Source: Eledone cirrhosa
Lineage: Eukaryota
Reading direction: 5' to 3'
Length of the DNA: 64,000 nt
Assembly: GCA_964016885.1 (NCBI GenBank)
Contig: OZ024750.1
Coordinates: forward strand, 51,956,001-52,020,000
Below, piece after piece: positions 1 to 12,426 of the stretch (positions are counted from its first letter, which is position 1; each line of letters opens with the position of its first letter). The notes under the pieces are model-generated. The model was not told where the DNA came from and ran no database searches. It was given only the letters and a program-made list of their open reading frames with translations. The translations under genes were made by a program, and so were the position numbers.

Positions 1-27
1 CCTTGTGCCAAAAGTAGAAACAATTAT
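1..27 (+). mobile_element. 3' tail of the abundant tRNA-derived SINE (cut by window edge)
   Basis: ccttgtgccaaaagtagaaacaattat matches the 3' end of SINE copies at 20797-20823, 24798-24825 and (reverse) 39536, 48879. Confidence 0.8.
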
Positions 28-1205
28 CACAGATGAACAAGCAGCTGGAAAGAAAAGGGTTTTGGGGATGTGCTGAACAACTCCTAATCAACAAAACTGC
101 GATGTCGGAGGTGCGGTAACTCAGGAAGAATATGGCTACAGTCTGGCTGGACTACAGGAAAGCTTTCGATTCTGTTCCCTACTCTTGAATGACAGAGGCC
201 TTCCAACTTGCTAAAGTCCCAGACATTATTGTCAGAGCCATAGAGAAGCTGTCTTCTTCTTGGGCTACTATCCTAAAGACAGAGAGGGAGGACTCTATTT
301 TCACTGATAAAATAAAATATTGCAGGGATATAATTCAGGGGGACAGTCTCTCTGTTATATTATTCATCTTGTCATTAAACCCCTTGTCCTTTCGGCTCAA
401 GAAATGTGAGGGATACCTCATTGGCTCACAGGAGGACAGAAATACGAACCTAACCCATAATTTCTTTGTGGACGATCTGAAACTCTATGCCAAGAACATG
501 GATGGGATGAAAAAAAATCTTGACCTGGTTACAACGTTCTCAAAGGATATAGGGATGGAGTTTGGCCAAGGTAAATGCTCATACATGACTGTGAAGCGGG
601 AAAAAACAACAACCCAATCTAACAACATTGTCATCAATGGCATAACTGTTTCACTGATATCTGATGAGGACTGCTACAGATACTTGGGGATAGATGAGAA
701 CATATCCTATAATGGTATATGTAATAAGGAACGCGCAACCATGGAATACTACACCCGATTAAGAAAGATTTGGTCATCGGAACTCTCTGCGCAAAACAAA
801 ACAGTGGCTCACAATGTGTTTGCTGTGCCTGTCCTAACACCAATGTTTGGAATACTCAAATGGACGATAGACGAAATCCGAGCAGTTGATGTTGGAACTC
901 GAAAAGTACTGAACAACACCGGAAACTTCCACATGAACAGTGACATAGACCGCCTTTATTTGAACGTAAGCAGGGAGGCAGAGGCTTATCATCAGTCCAG
1001 ACAGCATTTGAATGTCAATCATATCTCTCCGACAACATATACCAACCTCAAAGCGTAGGAGCCCGTCTCTCGAGCAAGTCTATCTGCATGAAACAGATAA
1101 GATCCTGAGAGTTGGGAAGGAACTCCTCGAGAGATATTCCCTGTGTGATAATCAAAAACTCACACCCAGGAAGTCGCTCAGCAGTTTTGCAATGAATCCA
1201 TGGTT
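28..1205 (+). pseudogene. R4/Dong-type non-LTR retrotransposon RT fragment (disrupted)
   Basis: Translates to [55 protein letters not shown]; in-frame stops before ORF 189..1058. Confidence 0.9.
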
Positions 1206-1400
1206 GAAAAACTGCTTGTAATTTCCTAACTAGTTGTGTTCTTTCTGTTTCTGTGAAGCCCAGCTTCTCAAGATTTGTACTGAGGCAGTTACTAACACAT
1301 CGCAGTGCCCCAATAAACACAGGCATAAATTTGAAGGTAGAGTCAGGGTGGAGTATCTGCAGATTCCTCATTAGTTCAATATAAATGTTATCCTTTTCAC
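1206..1400 (-). pseudogene. C-terminal restriction-like endonuclease (RLE) fragment of an R4/Dong-type LINE, opposite orientation
   Basis: ORF 1048..1464: EKDNIYIELMRNLQILHP..FKFMPVFIGALRCVS resembles the K..KY..L...PIVIGALG end of RLE domains seen at 13332..13637. Confidence 0.7.
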
Positions 1401-1879
1401 TGAACTGATGAGAATCTATAGCTACTCCACAAACTACGTCAGTTCTTCCAAGCCTGAGAATCAATTTCCAATAGCTTCAGGCTTTTTGACACATTCGAGG
1501 GAGGTGAGCAGAGTTGGAATTTCATGTACAGAAGTTTTTGAGGACTTCTGCCATTTTTCATTTCTTTCCAGAGTTGCTCATTGCAGGAACATATATTCAT
1601 TGATCCCCATTGTGTAGCTCTCCAGTGTAACTCTCCAATGTGAATTACCTGGTCGTGTTGTTTAGTAGTCTTCTGTGTTGGTGGAACATTCAACTCATTG
1701 TAGTATCTCTGGTGAAATATTCTCTCGTGTTGATTAACTTAATATATACACGGGGAACAAACTTTACCACCTGTGATACCTGTGATAAAACATTCTCTCA
1801 GGAATTGAAACATTGAGGGTTGGAAGGGTTGTTTTGTATTTTTACTCTTCTGTAGAAATATCTAAAGTTTGCCAAGACC

Positions 1880-2141
1880 CCGGAGGCTCGTCAGGCTGGT
1901 GTTTGTCCCAGTTTCCATGGTATGAAGTAACTAGTAGAAAACTCCCCCTGGACAGGACACCAGTCCATCGCAGGGTTAAACTCTTCAGCTATTGCTGGTA
2001 CTCTTTTTCAGCTGGGTATACTGAAGCAACGTAAAATGAAGTGTTTTGCTCAAGATCACAACACACAACTCAGCCCAGGAATCGAACCCATGACATTATC
2101 ATCTTAAGTCCAACACTCTTACCACTAAGCCACGCGCCCCC
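1880..2141 (-). mobile_element. tRNA-derived SINE (second family)
   Basis: Minus strand begins ggcgcgTGGCTTAGTGG (A box) ... GGTTCGATTCC (B box), then ttgagcaaaacactt..cccagctg..gtacc and ccctgcgatggactggtgtcctgtccaggg (V-domain-like core). Confidence 0.8.
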
Positions 2142-2387
2142 TGGAGAAGAATTCTCCTTCAATGTGAATAGGAATTGAACTGACGATCGTGATCTGAACA
2201 CCACAAAGCCACGTGCCATCACAACAGTGTTTGTATACTATAGGAGAAACCTATAGATTTTAGTGGTGAGGGCACGTGTTAACTAGTTAACATTAATTAG
2301 ATACTTTGTCTAAACACAATGACATCTGTTGTGGTGGCTAAAGTCTATCGGTTTGAATGCTTCCTGGTATTCGTCCCGACTCTCTGC

Positions 2388-2436
2388 CTTCAAATCCCGC
2401 CAACGTTAACTTTGCCTTTCATCCTTTCGAGTGATA
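2388..2436 (+). mobile_element. SINE central fragment
   Basis: ttcaaatcccgccaacgttaactttgcctttcatcctttcg matches the main SINE body (cf. 20711-20750). Confidence 0.7.
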
Positions 2437-2613
2437 GATACGATAGTCCTGTAACTCCTGATGGGGTGCTGGGGGCGCCGTAGTAGCATACAGCGTTTCT
2501 TGGGCATTTAAGCCTGGCGGAGCCCATCCCTCTCCAGGTCTGAGTACAGCAGATTTCTTCCTGAGAAAGAATAGCGAGTGAGAGAATGGAAGTGAGAAAG
2601 AGATATAGAGGAA

Positions 2614-2678
2614 GAATCAACCCCAGTACTAGACTGGTACATTTTTATCGACTTCGAAAAGATGAAAGGTAAAGTTGA
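2614..2678 (-). mobile_element. SINE central fragment
   Basis: ccccagtactagactggtacatttttatcgacttcgaaaagatgaaaggtaaagttga is the reverse of the SINE core. Confidence 0.65.
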
Positions 2679-2679
2679 G

Positions 2680-5600
2680 TGGCTGTCATGTTTCGGAAAA
2701 ACCTGGACATCGAAATGCAGCAAGTACACTTGGACCCGGAGGGTAGACTGGTAGTCCTAGACGTGAACAGTGTTGGAGGTGGAGCCTTCAGACTTGTGGC
2801 CGGTTATGCCCCGACTTGACCATCGCGGCCAGACTTCTTTAAGTCTTTTCTGGGAACGTCTCGCTCCTTGCTTTTAGTGAGGGGCTGGAATGGTATCCTA
2901 GACGCATGGGACTATGTAGGAGCATGCCCCAGTAGAGGGGGTGCAACAGCCTAAAAAATTTAATCGGCCAATCCAACTGGCCGATAGGTATCGACTAGAT
3001 TTCCTGACTGCACCACAGTGGATGTGGACAAACCGTAGCGGGACATCTAGATTGTATCTAGATAGGTTCTTTATTAGACAGAGAGACAAGAAGATGTTAA
3101 GCTGTCCACAAATGTACATGGTTGCCTATTCAGACCACAAACTAGTCACCTGCATAGTCAACCGTGATAGAATACATAGACAAGGACGCGGATAATGGAA
3201 GCTGAACATGTCGTTACCGACACGTAAAGCCTACAGTGAGCGGATAAGTAGATTAGTTAAGCAACAGTTGACGGGAGCCATCGTCAATAACAGATGGTGT
3301 TCCTCTCTCAAGAGAGCAATTAGAGTAGAGTCGATAGCTTTTAGCGAAGAACTAGCTTTAGAGAAAAACAAAACAGAAACAGAACTAATAGCCAAGGTAG
3401 AGGAGGCGCTTAGGAGTGGCAACGCAGATAGAGTGCTAGAAACGAGAACGGCACTGGACCAGTTCTTCCATGCGAAACACGAAGGCTGCGTAGTCAGAAG
3501 TAAATCATCTGCTCTAGGAAACGAGGGAGCAAATGCTGTAGGCTGGGCCCGAGCAGCATAGACGAAAAGTGGCAACAAGTCCACGATTCGGTCTTTGAAA
3601 GACCAAAACGGACGCGTGCTACTTGACTCGAAGCGGATGTGCACGGCATTTCAGCGGCACTTTGCGCAACTGTTGGAGCAGAGCGACGGTGCGCCGAACA
3701 GGGCAATGGACTTTGGTTTATACCTCGATGGCCTGCCGCGTCTCTCGAACATGGACGCCGAGTTCTGCGAAAAACTGATCACAGCCACTGAGATACGGGA
3801 CACTCTGGGCCGCTGCGGGAAACGTAAATCACCCGGTCTAGATGGTCTACCCTATTAGTTTTACATAGGCATGTCGGACTTGTTCTCTGGCGTCCTCGAA
3901 GCCGTCTACTGCAACTGGCAGCAGAACGGGAGAATTCCCAGTTCTGCAAGCAGGGGCGTAGTAACGCTGATCAGAAACGACGAGACCAAGGGGGACAAAC
4001 TAAGCAACTTTAGGCTCATAACTCTGCTCAACACAGATTTTGGCCAAGGTGTTAGCAGCTAGGCTGGCGCTTGTCGTTGAGAACCTGGTATGGAAAGCGC
4101 AAACGTGTGCAAGCCCAACCAGGTCCATACACGACAACCTCCACTTCATGTGATACATCATAGAGAGGGTGGGGTGTAAACCCGGCTTCGGTAGGGCTCT
4201 GATCAATTTAGATCACTCTAAGGCGTTCGATAGGGTCGACCAACGATACTTGGAAGCGGTTCTCAAGGTTCTCCTCCATTCTGTACGTACTGACTCTAGA
4301 GCCACTACTGCGGAAGTTGGAGCTTCTGAAGTGCATCCCTTTGGAACCGAGACTGCGTAACGCGGCGTCTGCTTATGTCGACGACGTGACAGTAATGGTG
4401 TTGGAAACCTCGGAATTCGAGGCAATCTGCAACTTACTTCAGTAATACGAAAGGCTCACAGGAGCAAAACTGAACCCGGACAAGTCTGTCGGTTTGCAAC
4501 TCGGAACGTGGAGTGGCAAACCGATGCCGTCCAACAGCGTCGTCGGACGCTGGACGGAAGGACCGGTGAAATTGCTTGGTCCGTCTGGACCTCCAGGTGC
4601 AGAAAAACTGGAACGAGGTCACGGCCAAGGTATTTGCGCTCACCCAGAAGTGGGCAGATTACAAAGTATCCTTGAAAGGTCGAGCGGAGGTGGCGAACAC
4701 TTTCATTGCGTCTGTCATCTACTACCGCGTGACCGTCGTACCTTGTCCCCGTGAATACCTCACCAAGATGGAACGCATGCTCTTCCAGTTCCTTTGGAAG
4801 GAGCAGGCTCTACTGGTGAGGAGATCCGTCTGCTGTCAGCACCCTTCCAACGGAGGGCTGGGAATGCCGTGGCTGATGATGCGCAAAGACGCGCTGAGGC
4901 TACGACATCTCCAGGTATTCCTCACCGACCCGCAACTTATCTCGCTGGCGTAGCTGCAGTCCTGGGTCGAGCGGAGACCGAAGAAAATGGGCGCCTGGCA
5001 CATTGAATGCGCTCAGGCGGCGCTCACAATCCTCTTTCAAGCGGGCACAGCAATCAATGGAGACTCCATTTCGACATTCTATAGAGGATTAGTACGTTAC
5101 AATTGCTACGACGTCCTCGGAAAGACTCTGAACGTCGAAGACAACGAGCTCACCAGTCTGTTCAGTAGGATTTTCCGCCCGCGACCTATGGACAACTTCC
5201 AGAGGTCCCCGGCCTGGCAGTGCTACCAAGGAGCTCTACCAGTTCGAAACAAGATCTACAGGCACGGACGCCCCGGCAGGGATCCTTCCAAGAGGACGTG
5301 TCCAAGATGCGAGCAGGGCATTGAAACCATCTTGCACGCAATTGTACAATGCCCGGGCGTAACCGACCTGTGGAACTATGCAGAACAACTGGACAAATCC
5401 AGTTGACTTCCGAGTCCATAGTAAGGATCAAACCGCCAACTTCTTTCAAAAACGAAAGAGGGGCGGTTTTCCTCTGTACAGTGGCTATGGTAAAAGAGAT
5501 TATATGGTGGACGAGATTGAGAGGACTGGGGACAGATGCCTTTCTCTCCGGACAACAACTCATTCCCTTCTTTAAGTATCACTTTAGAAGGAGAATCAGA

Positions 5601-5949
5601 GTGGAGAGAGAGGCACTGCACCCCAGTAAATTTACTGAAAGGTGGGTGAATGTGGCAAAAATGACCCGAGTGATTGGACCTTCTCTGTATATAAACCTGT
5701 AGGTTGAATAAGAGAGCAAAAGGAAGAAAGGAGCACTTGCACAACACACTCCTGAAGTTGAGGGTTGTTCTATCGACGGGGTATTAAACAACCCATTTGT
5801 AACGCCTCACCCCTATTGGGGATTTCGATTGCTAAATTTGTTTGTTGAAAATATTTTTTTTACACGATTGTATGTAAAATCCCCGGCATGTCTTTGTATT
5901 GTCCCCTTTTCTTGTGCGCCCTTGTGGCAAATAAAGAAACACATCTATC
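2680..5949 (+). mobile_element. L1/Tx1-clade LINE copy 1, 5'-truncated, ORF2 pseudogene (APE endonuclease part, RT, C-terminal zinc finger)
   Basis: LDPEGRLVVLDV, YLDRF, YSDHKLV, KSPGLDGLPY, LDHSKAFDRVD, GGLGMPWL, CPRC..ETILHAIVQC; many stops and frameshifts; ORF ends 5702; 3' UTR with AATAAA then acacatctatc. Confidence 0.92.
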
Positions 5950-5958
5950 ATATATATG

Positions 5959-6021
<63 letters not shown>

Positions 6022-6070
6022 ACCGACAGACGAATAGATAGATAGATAGATATATAGATAGATAGATATA
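5950..6070. repeat. Compound microsatellite (TA)n(GA)n(G)n...(GATA)n between two tail-to-tail Tx1 LINEs
   Basis: Directly visible. Confidence 0.95.
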
Positions 6071-6285
6071 TTTCTTTATTTACCATAAAGGCATAAAAAG
6101 AAGGGACAAATACAAAGGGGGAGTTTACATACAATCAAGTAAAAAGGGTATAAAATGAAAATAATCGAAAACAACCTCAAAAGGGAGGGGACGTGATGGG
6201 GGTTGCACACACCCCCGAAAAAGTGTGCAATCCTTTGTCCGGGGAGCACATGGAGAAGGTGCTCCCCGCTCCTTCACTTCTTTAC

Positions 6286-9200
6286 CTACAGGATGGTATA
6301 CAGAGAAGGCCCATTTACACGAGCCATTCTCGCCACTATCACCCACCTTTCATAAAACTGCCTGTGGCCAAGCACCTCTCTCTCCATTCTTATCCTTCTT
6401 CCGAAGTGATATCGGAAGAAGTAGACCAGACTATGGCCAGAGAGGAAGTTGCCTGACCTCAGACCTTTCAATCGTGTCCATCAAACAACCTCTTTCAACA
6501 TGGCTATTACGCACAGAAAAACCGCCTTTGCTTCCTTTGTGAAGAGGGGAGGCGGTTTGATTGTCATCACAGACTCGGCGGTCAACTGAATCGGCGCCAC
6601 CCGCGACAACAGTCGTTCGGCGTAGCCCCACAGATCAGCCACGCCCGGACATTGCACGCCCGGTAGCACTGCCAGGCTAGTGACTTCTGGAAGTTGTCCA
6701 TTGGTCCCGGGCCGAAAGTCCTACCGAACAGGCTGGCCAATTCGTCCTCTTCCATGTCCAGCGACTCTCCAAGGGTGTCATCGCCCCTGCTATCCACCAG
6801 CCCTCTATAGAATGATGAGGTGGATTCTCCACTGATGGCCTGGCCCGCTTGCCAGAGAGCCCTGAGCGCCTGAGCACACTCAGTGTGCCAGTCTCCCAGT
6901 TTTCCGGATCTTTGCTTGACCCAGGACTGCAGCTCGGTGAGCGAGACGAGTCTCGGAAAGGCTCGTTTCACGAACAGAGCCCACACCCGTTGACCAGTGA
7001 GGAATACCTTTAGGTACCGTAGCCTTAATGCGTGCCTACGCATCATCAACCACGGCATCCCCAGCCCTCCTTCCGAAGGTTGTTGGCAGCAGATGGATCT
7101 TCTCACCATAGGAGGGCGCTTCTTCCAAACAAATTGGAAGAGCATGCGTTCCATGGTGGTGAGTGTTTCCTTAGGGCAAGGCACGACAGTCAGACGGTAG
7201 TAAGTGACGGACGCTATGTAAATGTTCGCCACTTCCGCCAGGCCTTTTAGGGACAGCTTACACTTGGCCCATTTCTGGGTTAGTGCAAACACCTTGTTCG
7301 TAACCTCGTCCCAGTTCTTTTCCACCTGGAGGTCCGGTCCAAACCAGACCCCAAGCAACTTTACCGGGCCCTCCGTCCAATGTCCGACGACACCGTCGGG
7401 AGGCATCGGTCTGCCTCTCCACGTTCCGAGTTGCAGCCCGATGGATTTTTCCCGGTTCAGTTTCGCTCCTGACAACCTTTCGTAATCCTCCAGTAAGGTA
7501 CCGATCGCCTCGATCTCCGAGTCGGTCGATACCATTACTGTTACGTCATCGGCGTAGGCCGACACCGCTTTGCTCAATCCTGGTTCCAGTGGGATACCCT
7601 GCAACAACTCTAACTTCCTCAGTAAAGGCTCGAGAGTCAATACGTACAGAAGGGAGGAGAGAGGGCATCCCTGTCGAATGGATCGTGTGATTTCGAACGG
7701 CTTCGAAAGGTAGCCGTTCACCTTGATCCTAGAACAGATGTGGTTGCTATGTAAGTCAGTGATCCAGCCTCTGAAAACAGGACCGAACCCAGCCGCCGCT
7801 AGCACCGCATCCAGGTAACCATGGTCGACCCTATCGAAGGCCTTAGACTGATCCAAGTTGATCAGGGCCCCACCGAAGCCGGGTTTGTTGCCAACCCTCT
7901 CTATGATGTATCGCATGAGGTGGAGGTTATCGTGAATGGACCTGGATGGGATAGCACATGTCTGCGCATCTCCCACCAGGCTACCCACGACAAGCGCCAA
8001 CCTCTTTGCTAACACCTTGGCCAGAATCTTTAACTCTGTGTTTAGCAGGGTTATGGGCCGAAAATTATTTATACTATCCCCCTTGTTCTCGTCCTTCCTC
8101 ACCATCGAGACTACGCCCTTGGCTACAGAACAAGGAATTCTCCCGTTCTGCTGCCAATTGCAGTAGACCGTTTCAAGGAGTTCGGAGAAGAAGACCGGCA
8201 TTGCTAAATAAAGTTCGTAAGGTATATCATCGAGACCTGGAGATTTGCGTCTGCTGCATTGGCTCAGCGCATCTCCGATCTCATCAGCCGAGATTGGTCC
8301 CTCGCAGGACTCTGCCTCTTCGCTCGAGAGACGCGGCAGGCCGTCGAGGTATGGACCGAAATCCACGTCCCCGCCCGGACCCTCCCCTCCCCCGAATAAT
8401 CGGGCAAAGTGCCTTTGAAATGCCTCGCACATCTGCTTAGGCTCCCGGATCACCCGTCCATCTTCGTCTTGCAACGACCGGATGGTGGATTGATTTCCAC
8501 TCTTAGCTTCTGTCACGCGGGCCCAGCCAACGGCTTTGGCCCCCTCATTACCTAGAGTACGTATTTTACTTCGAATGACGCAGCCTTCGTGCTTTGCATC
8601 GAAAAACTGGTTCAAGGCCGTCCTCGATGCCAGCACTCTGGCCACATCTTCGCTCTTGATTGCCTCTTCTAATTTACCTGTTAATTCTTTTTCGTTTCTA
8701 TTCCTATCGGCAGCTAACATCTTGCTATAACTTATTGATTCTGTTCTAATCTCTCTTTTGAGAGATGCCCACCATCGGTTGTTGACGATTGCACCCGTCA
8801 ACCTCTCCTTAACTAATCTGCTAATCCGGTTTCTGTAAGTCTCTTTTGCCGGTAAAGACAAATTAAGTTTCCAGTAACCGGGACCCTGTTTATGTGTTTT
8901 CTCGAGATTGACTACGCAGGTCACTAATTTGTGATCCGTATAGCCAACCGTGCGCATTTCTGGACAGCTTAATATGTCCCTATCCTTACTTCTAACTAAG
9001 AATCTATCTAAGTACGATCTAGATTGACCACTGTGGTTTCTCCAAGTCCAGGTAGGCACAGTTGGAAAATCTAGTCGATATCTATCGACCAAGTTAAAAC
9101 GGTCGAGTAACCCCTTGAGGCTGTTACACCCCCCTCTATTAGGACATGCTCCTGCATAGTCCCAACGTGCATCTAGGATGTCATTCCAATCCCCCGCTAG

Positions 9201-9611
9201 AAGCAGGGAACGCGACGTTCACAGAAAAGTCTCCAAACGCTGGAAGAAGTCGGGCCGTTCAGCTCCGAAAGGGGAGTAGACGGCGACCAGTCTCAAGGCC
9301 GCACCTTCACTACTGCCAACGTCTAGCACCAACAAACGACCCTCCGGGTCCGAGTGAACAACCTGTACGGCAAGACCCAGGTGCTTTTGCAGCAGTACGA
9401 CAACCCCAACCCCACCTCCAGGTTGACAGAGAGATGCATGCACCTCAAAGTCATCGAAGGTAGGGGCCAGCTGCCGCACGACGCTGATCCGAGTGTCACA
9501 GATAACCATTACATTTATACCACATGACCTGAGGTCATTTAGAAGCTTTGCCTGCTTCCAAGTTGAGCCCAGGCCACGTGCATTCAAACATCCTATTCTT
9601 AACACATCCAT
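6286..9611 (-). pseudogene. Tx1 ORF2 (APE endonuclease, reverse transcriptase, zf-RVT-like C-terminus), lightly disrupted
   Basis: MDVLRIGCLNARGL (EN start); ORFs 9219..9611 and 6582..9092 are in the same frame, split by one TGA; GDWN, YLDRF, TDH, LDQSKAFDRVDH, IRQGCPLS, AYADDVTV; a deletion near 6660 removes the CPRC knuckle. Confidence 0.93.
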
Positions 9612-9644
9612 GTGGGCGACAGAGCCAAAAGAGAGTGTAGAGAC

Positions 9645-11545
9645 CTACCTTTCTGCTTCCCGGGGTTCGAGTCGCACGACTTCCATGGGGTCGGGGGTGT
9701 TGGGTGAAGGGGTGTCTTGTGGTGGTGTGGGGTCGTCAGTGTGTGGTGGGGTTGGGGTGTTTGGAGTTGTGTTGGGGGGAAGGGGAAAGCTTTTTAGTAG
9801 GACGCGGTTTATGGGTTTGACAGAGGGTGGTCCTACGTCCTCCTTAAAATACTTTTTTAGTTTTTGGTAGAGGTTCATTGGGATCTTTATTAGTTTTAAA
9901 TGTGGGTAGTTTTCTGAAGAAACAAAGTTTACACCTTCGGTTTGTGCCGAAGGATTATTGTTTATGAGTTCATTTAATTTATTATTGTTTCTGTTGATGT
10001 AAGTATAGTGTAATGTCTTTTTTTCGGATGGTGTGAGTGTTTCGAAGAGGGGAGGGGCAGGTTTGGTTTTGTTTGTTGCTGGAGGGGTGTTTTGTGTTTT
10101 GTTGGATTGTGTTGACATTTGGGTGGGGGTTGTTTGGCCTTGTGTGTTTTGCACATGTTTTCTTTTTTTCCTTTTAATCTGTCTGAAGGACTCCGTTTCT
10201 TCCTCCGAATTCGTTGGGTTATCTTCAGTGTTGGAGGGAAGAGGTATGTTTGCTGGTAATGTTTCCGTGTTGGGTTTCTTTGTGGGGGAGATGGATGTCA
10301 CTATGTTAGACTGTGTTGTGTGTTGTGGCTGCGGTGGTTGTGTTGTTTTATTGAGTGAGGGATTGGGTGGGACTGTATTTTGTTTTGGGGTAATGTGTTG
10401 TGACTGTTTGTGTTGTGGTGGTGGTGTAGTTTTACTGAGGGACGGGTTGGGTGGGACTGAGTTTTGTTGTTTGTTTATCTGTTGTGGTGGTGGTGGTGGA
10501 GCTGGTGTTGGTAGCAGGGTTTTCTTTTTGTTGAGTTGGGGACAAGCGGCCTTCAGGTGCCCTCTGCCTGCACAGATATGACAGGACGGCCTTCTCCCCT
10601 CCACGCTAATGTTTATATACCCGTGGCCCTCTAATATGATTCTGTCGGGTATTTGGGCGATGCGTTCAGGCTTCATTTGCACTACAAGTTCTATACCTGT
10701 TCCACTGAACGCATTGCCTGTGGTTTTCCCAATGGAAATCACGTTGTCATTCACTGGATCGATGAAGCCAGCTATGAGCCAGCAGTAGTCCACATCTGGC
10801 ATCATTGCATCCAGCCATATGCATAGAGTTCTTTTACCCATATAAGATGGATAAAAGGTAAAAATTTTCGAACGAATCGGTGACAAAGCACATTTTTTTG
10901 CCGCCGATTCGTTCTTCATAATAATCGCTAGGCTTCCATACAGTCTGTCTTTTCTTATGAAAGTGGTTTCATTAAGTACTTCTGTAAGTACTGTTTTGAT
11001 TTCTGTTTGAGTTGGCTGTTCAGGTTTTTTTGAAGTGTTGTTGATGGTGCGGAAAACGACCGTTCGACTTTCAATGTCTTTGGTGAGTTCTTGAGGCATT
11101 TTTACCGATAAAATACCATTCTCTCCTTCAGTTATATATTGTTTGGCGTCTGCAATTCTTTGTGCCACATCTGAAATATTTTCAGGTATATATGTCAAAG
11201 ATTTCTTTGTTGTTTGTGCAAATGAAATATTATTGGTGTTGACTTTGTCGTCTGCTTTGCTTTCTGTTATGATGTTGTTTTCAAATGTTATTTTTGTGTT
11301 TATCGTGTCTTTGTTTGTGGTATTAATATTGTCATGCAATTTTTCAAATTTTTTTTTTCGTTGTTGGAATCCATATCCAGATTTGTGTTTTCGTCATTTT
11401 TCTCCGCAGATTCGTCTGTTTTTATTTTATTTTTTCCTTCCTTCTCTATGACGTTAGTTGGGAAGGAAGGGGGGACTAAAGCGTGCGAGCTTACAACTCT
11501 TACCGCTGTCCCCCCACCACTATTTTCGTTAGCTTCGTTTAACAT
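9645..11545 (-). CDS. Tx1 ORF1 (nucleic-acid-binding protein with CCHC zinc knuckle and Pro/Thr-rich tail)
   Basis: 564-aa ORF 9645..11339 with CHICAGRGHLKAAC; probable N-terminal extension from ATG 11545 shifted at the T-run near 11350; ends 33 nt before the ORF2 ATG. Confidence 0.85.
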
Positions 11546-11781
11546 TTCTGTCAGACGATTGAAATTTTTTATGCCACAAAATTTTTAAAAACAGGTTTTT
11601 CACCCCTAGGAGGGGTAAAGATGAGCTGACCCACCGCCTGACAGTTCAGACGGGGGGTCAAGCTACACAATAGTATCAAAATTAAAATTGAAGTTACAAA
11701 ATTTCCGCAATAAATTTGAACAAAACTTCTGCGCGAAGTGAATTACATCTACGCTGTAGAACAGACGACAGCTAGATTACT

Positions 11782-11877
<96 letters not shown>
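11782..11877. repeat. (GATA)n microsatellite, ~24 units
   Basis: Directly visible. Confidence 0.97.
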
Positions 11878-11878
<1 letters not shown>

Positions 11879-12069
11879 ACAGAGAAAAAGACAGATATAT
11901 GGATAAATAGGTTGGGAGAGGGGGAGAGGGAGGAACAGAGAGGCAGAGAGAGAAGTAGGGCTGTCACGGATGGATGGAAAGGCCTCAATCGAGATAAAAA
12001 GGTCTGGCATTTTAGTACACCAAGTGAATCTAATTGTCATATCAACTATATCTATTAGTACATTATAAT

Positions 12070-12426
12070 TATATGTGTATGTATATGTGTGTATGTGTGC
12101 ATGTGTATGTGTATGTGAGTGTATGCGTGTATGTATATATGTGAATGTATATGTGAGGGTGTGTGCCTGTATTATGTATAGGTATGTATTTATGTTTGGC
12201 TGTGTATGTATATGTGTGTATGTGTATGAGAGTGCATGTGTGTGTCTGTATTATGTATAAAGCTAGGAATGTATTTATGTATACGCGTGTATGTAAGTAT
12301 GTATGCACGCATGTATGTATGTATGTATGTATGTATGTATGTATTATGTATGTATGTATGTATGTATTATGTATGTATGTATGTATGTATGTATGTATGT
12401 ATGTATGTATGTATGTATGTATGTAT
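12070..12426. repeat. Degenerate (TG/TA) and (TATG)n microsatellite
   Basis: Directly visible. Confidence 0.9.

Larger units (their letters stand above)
6071..11781 (-). mobile_element. Near full-length L1/Tx1-clade LINE copy 2 (~5.7 kb) inserted in a (GATA)n/(TATC)n array
   Basis: 5' UTR abuts (GATA)n at 11782; ORF1 and ORF2 present; 3' UTR ends ggtaAATAAAgaaatata(tcta)n. Confidence 0.95.

Noticed and set aside
2060-2141. tRNA gene
   Set aside because: A and B boxes present but continuous with a SINE body; no complete acceptor stem
2390-2620. 76-aa ORF resembling a secreted Cys-containing peptide
   Set aside because: Non-ATG start; the hydrophobic N-terminus comes from a GA-rich tract and both ends are SINE sequence
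9219-9221. TGA splitting Tx1 ORF2 as programmed readthrough
   Set aside because: Copy 1 has GGA at the homologous position (tttctgggaacgtct); a point mutation
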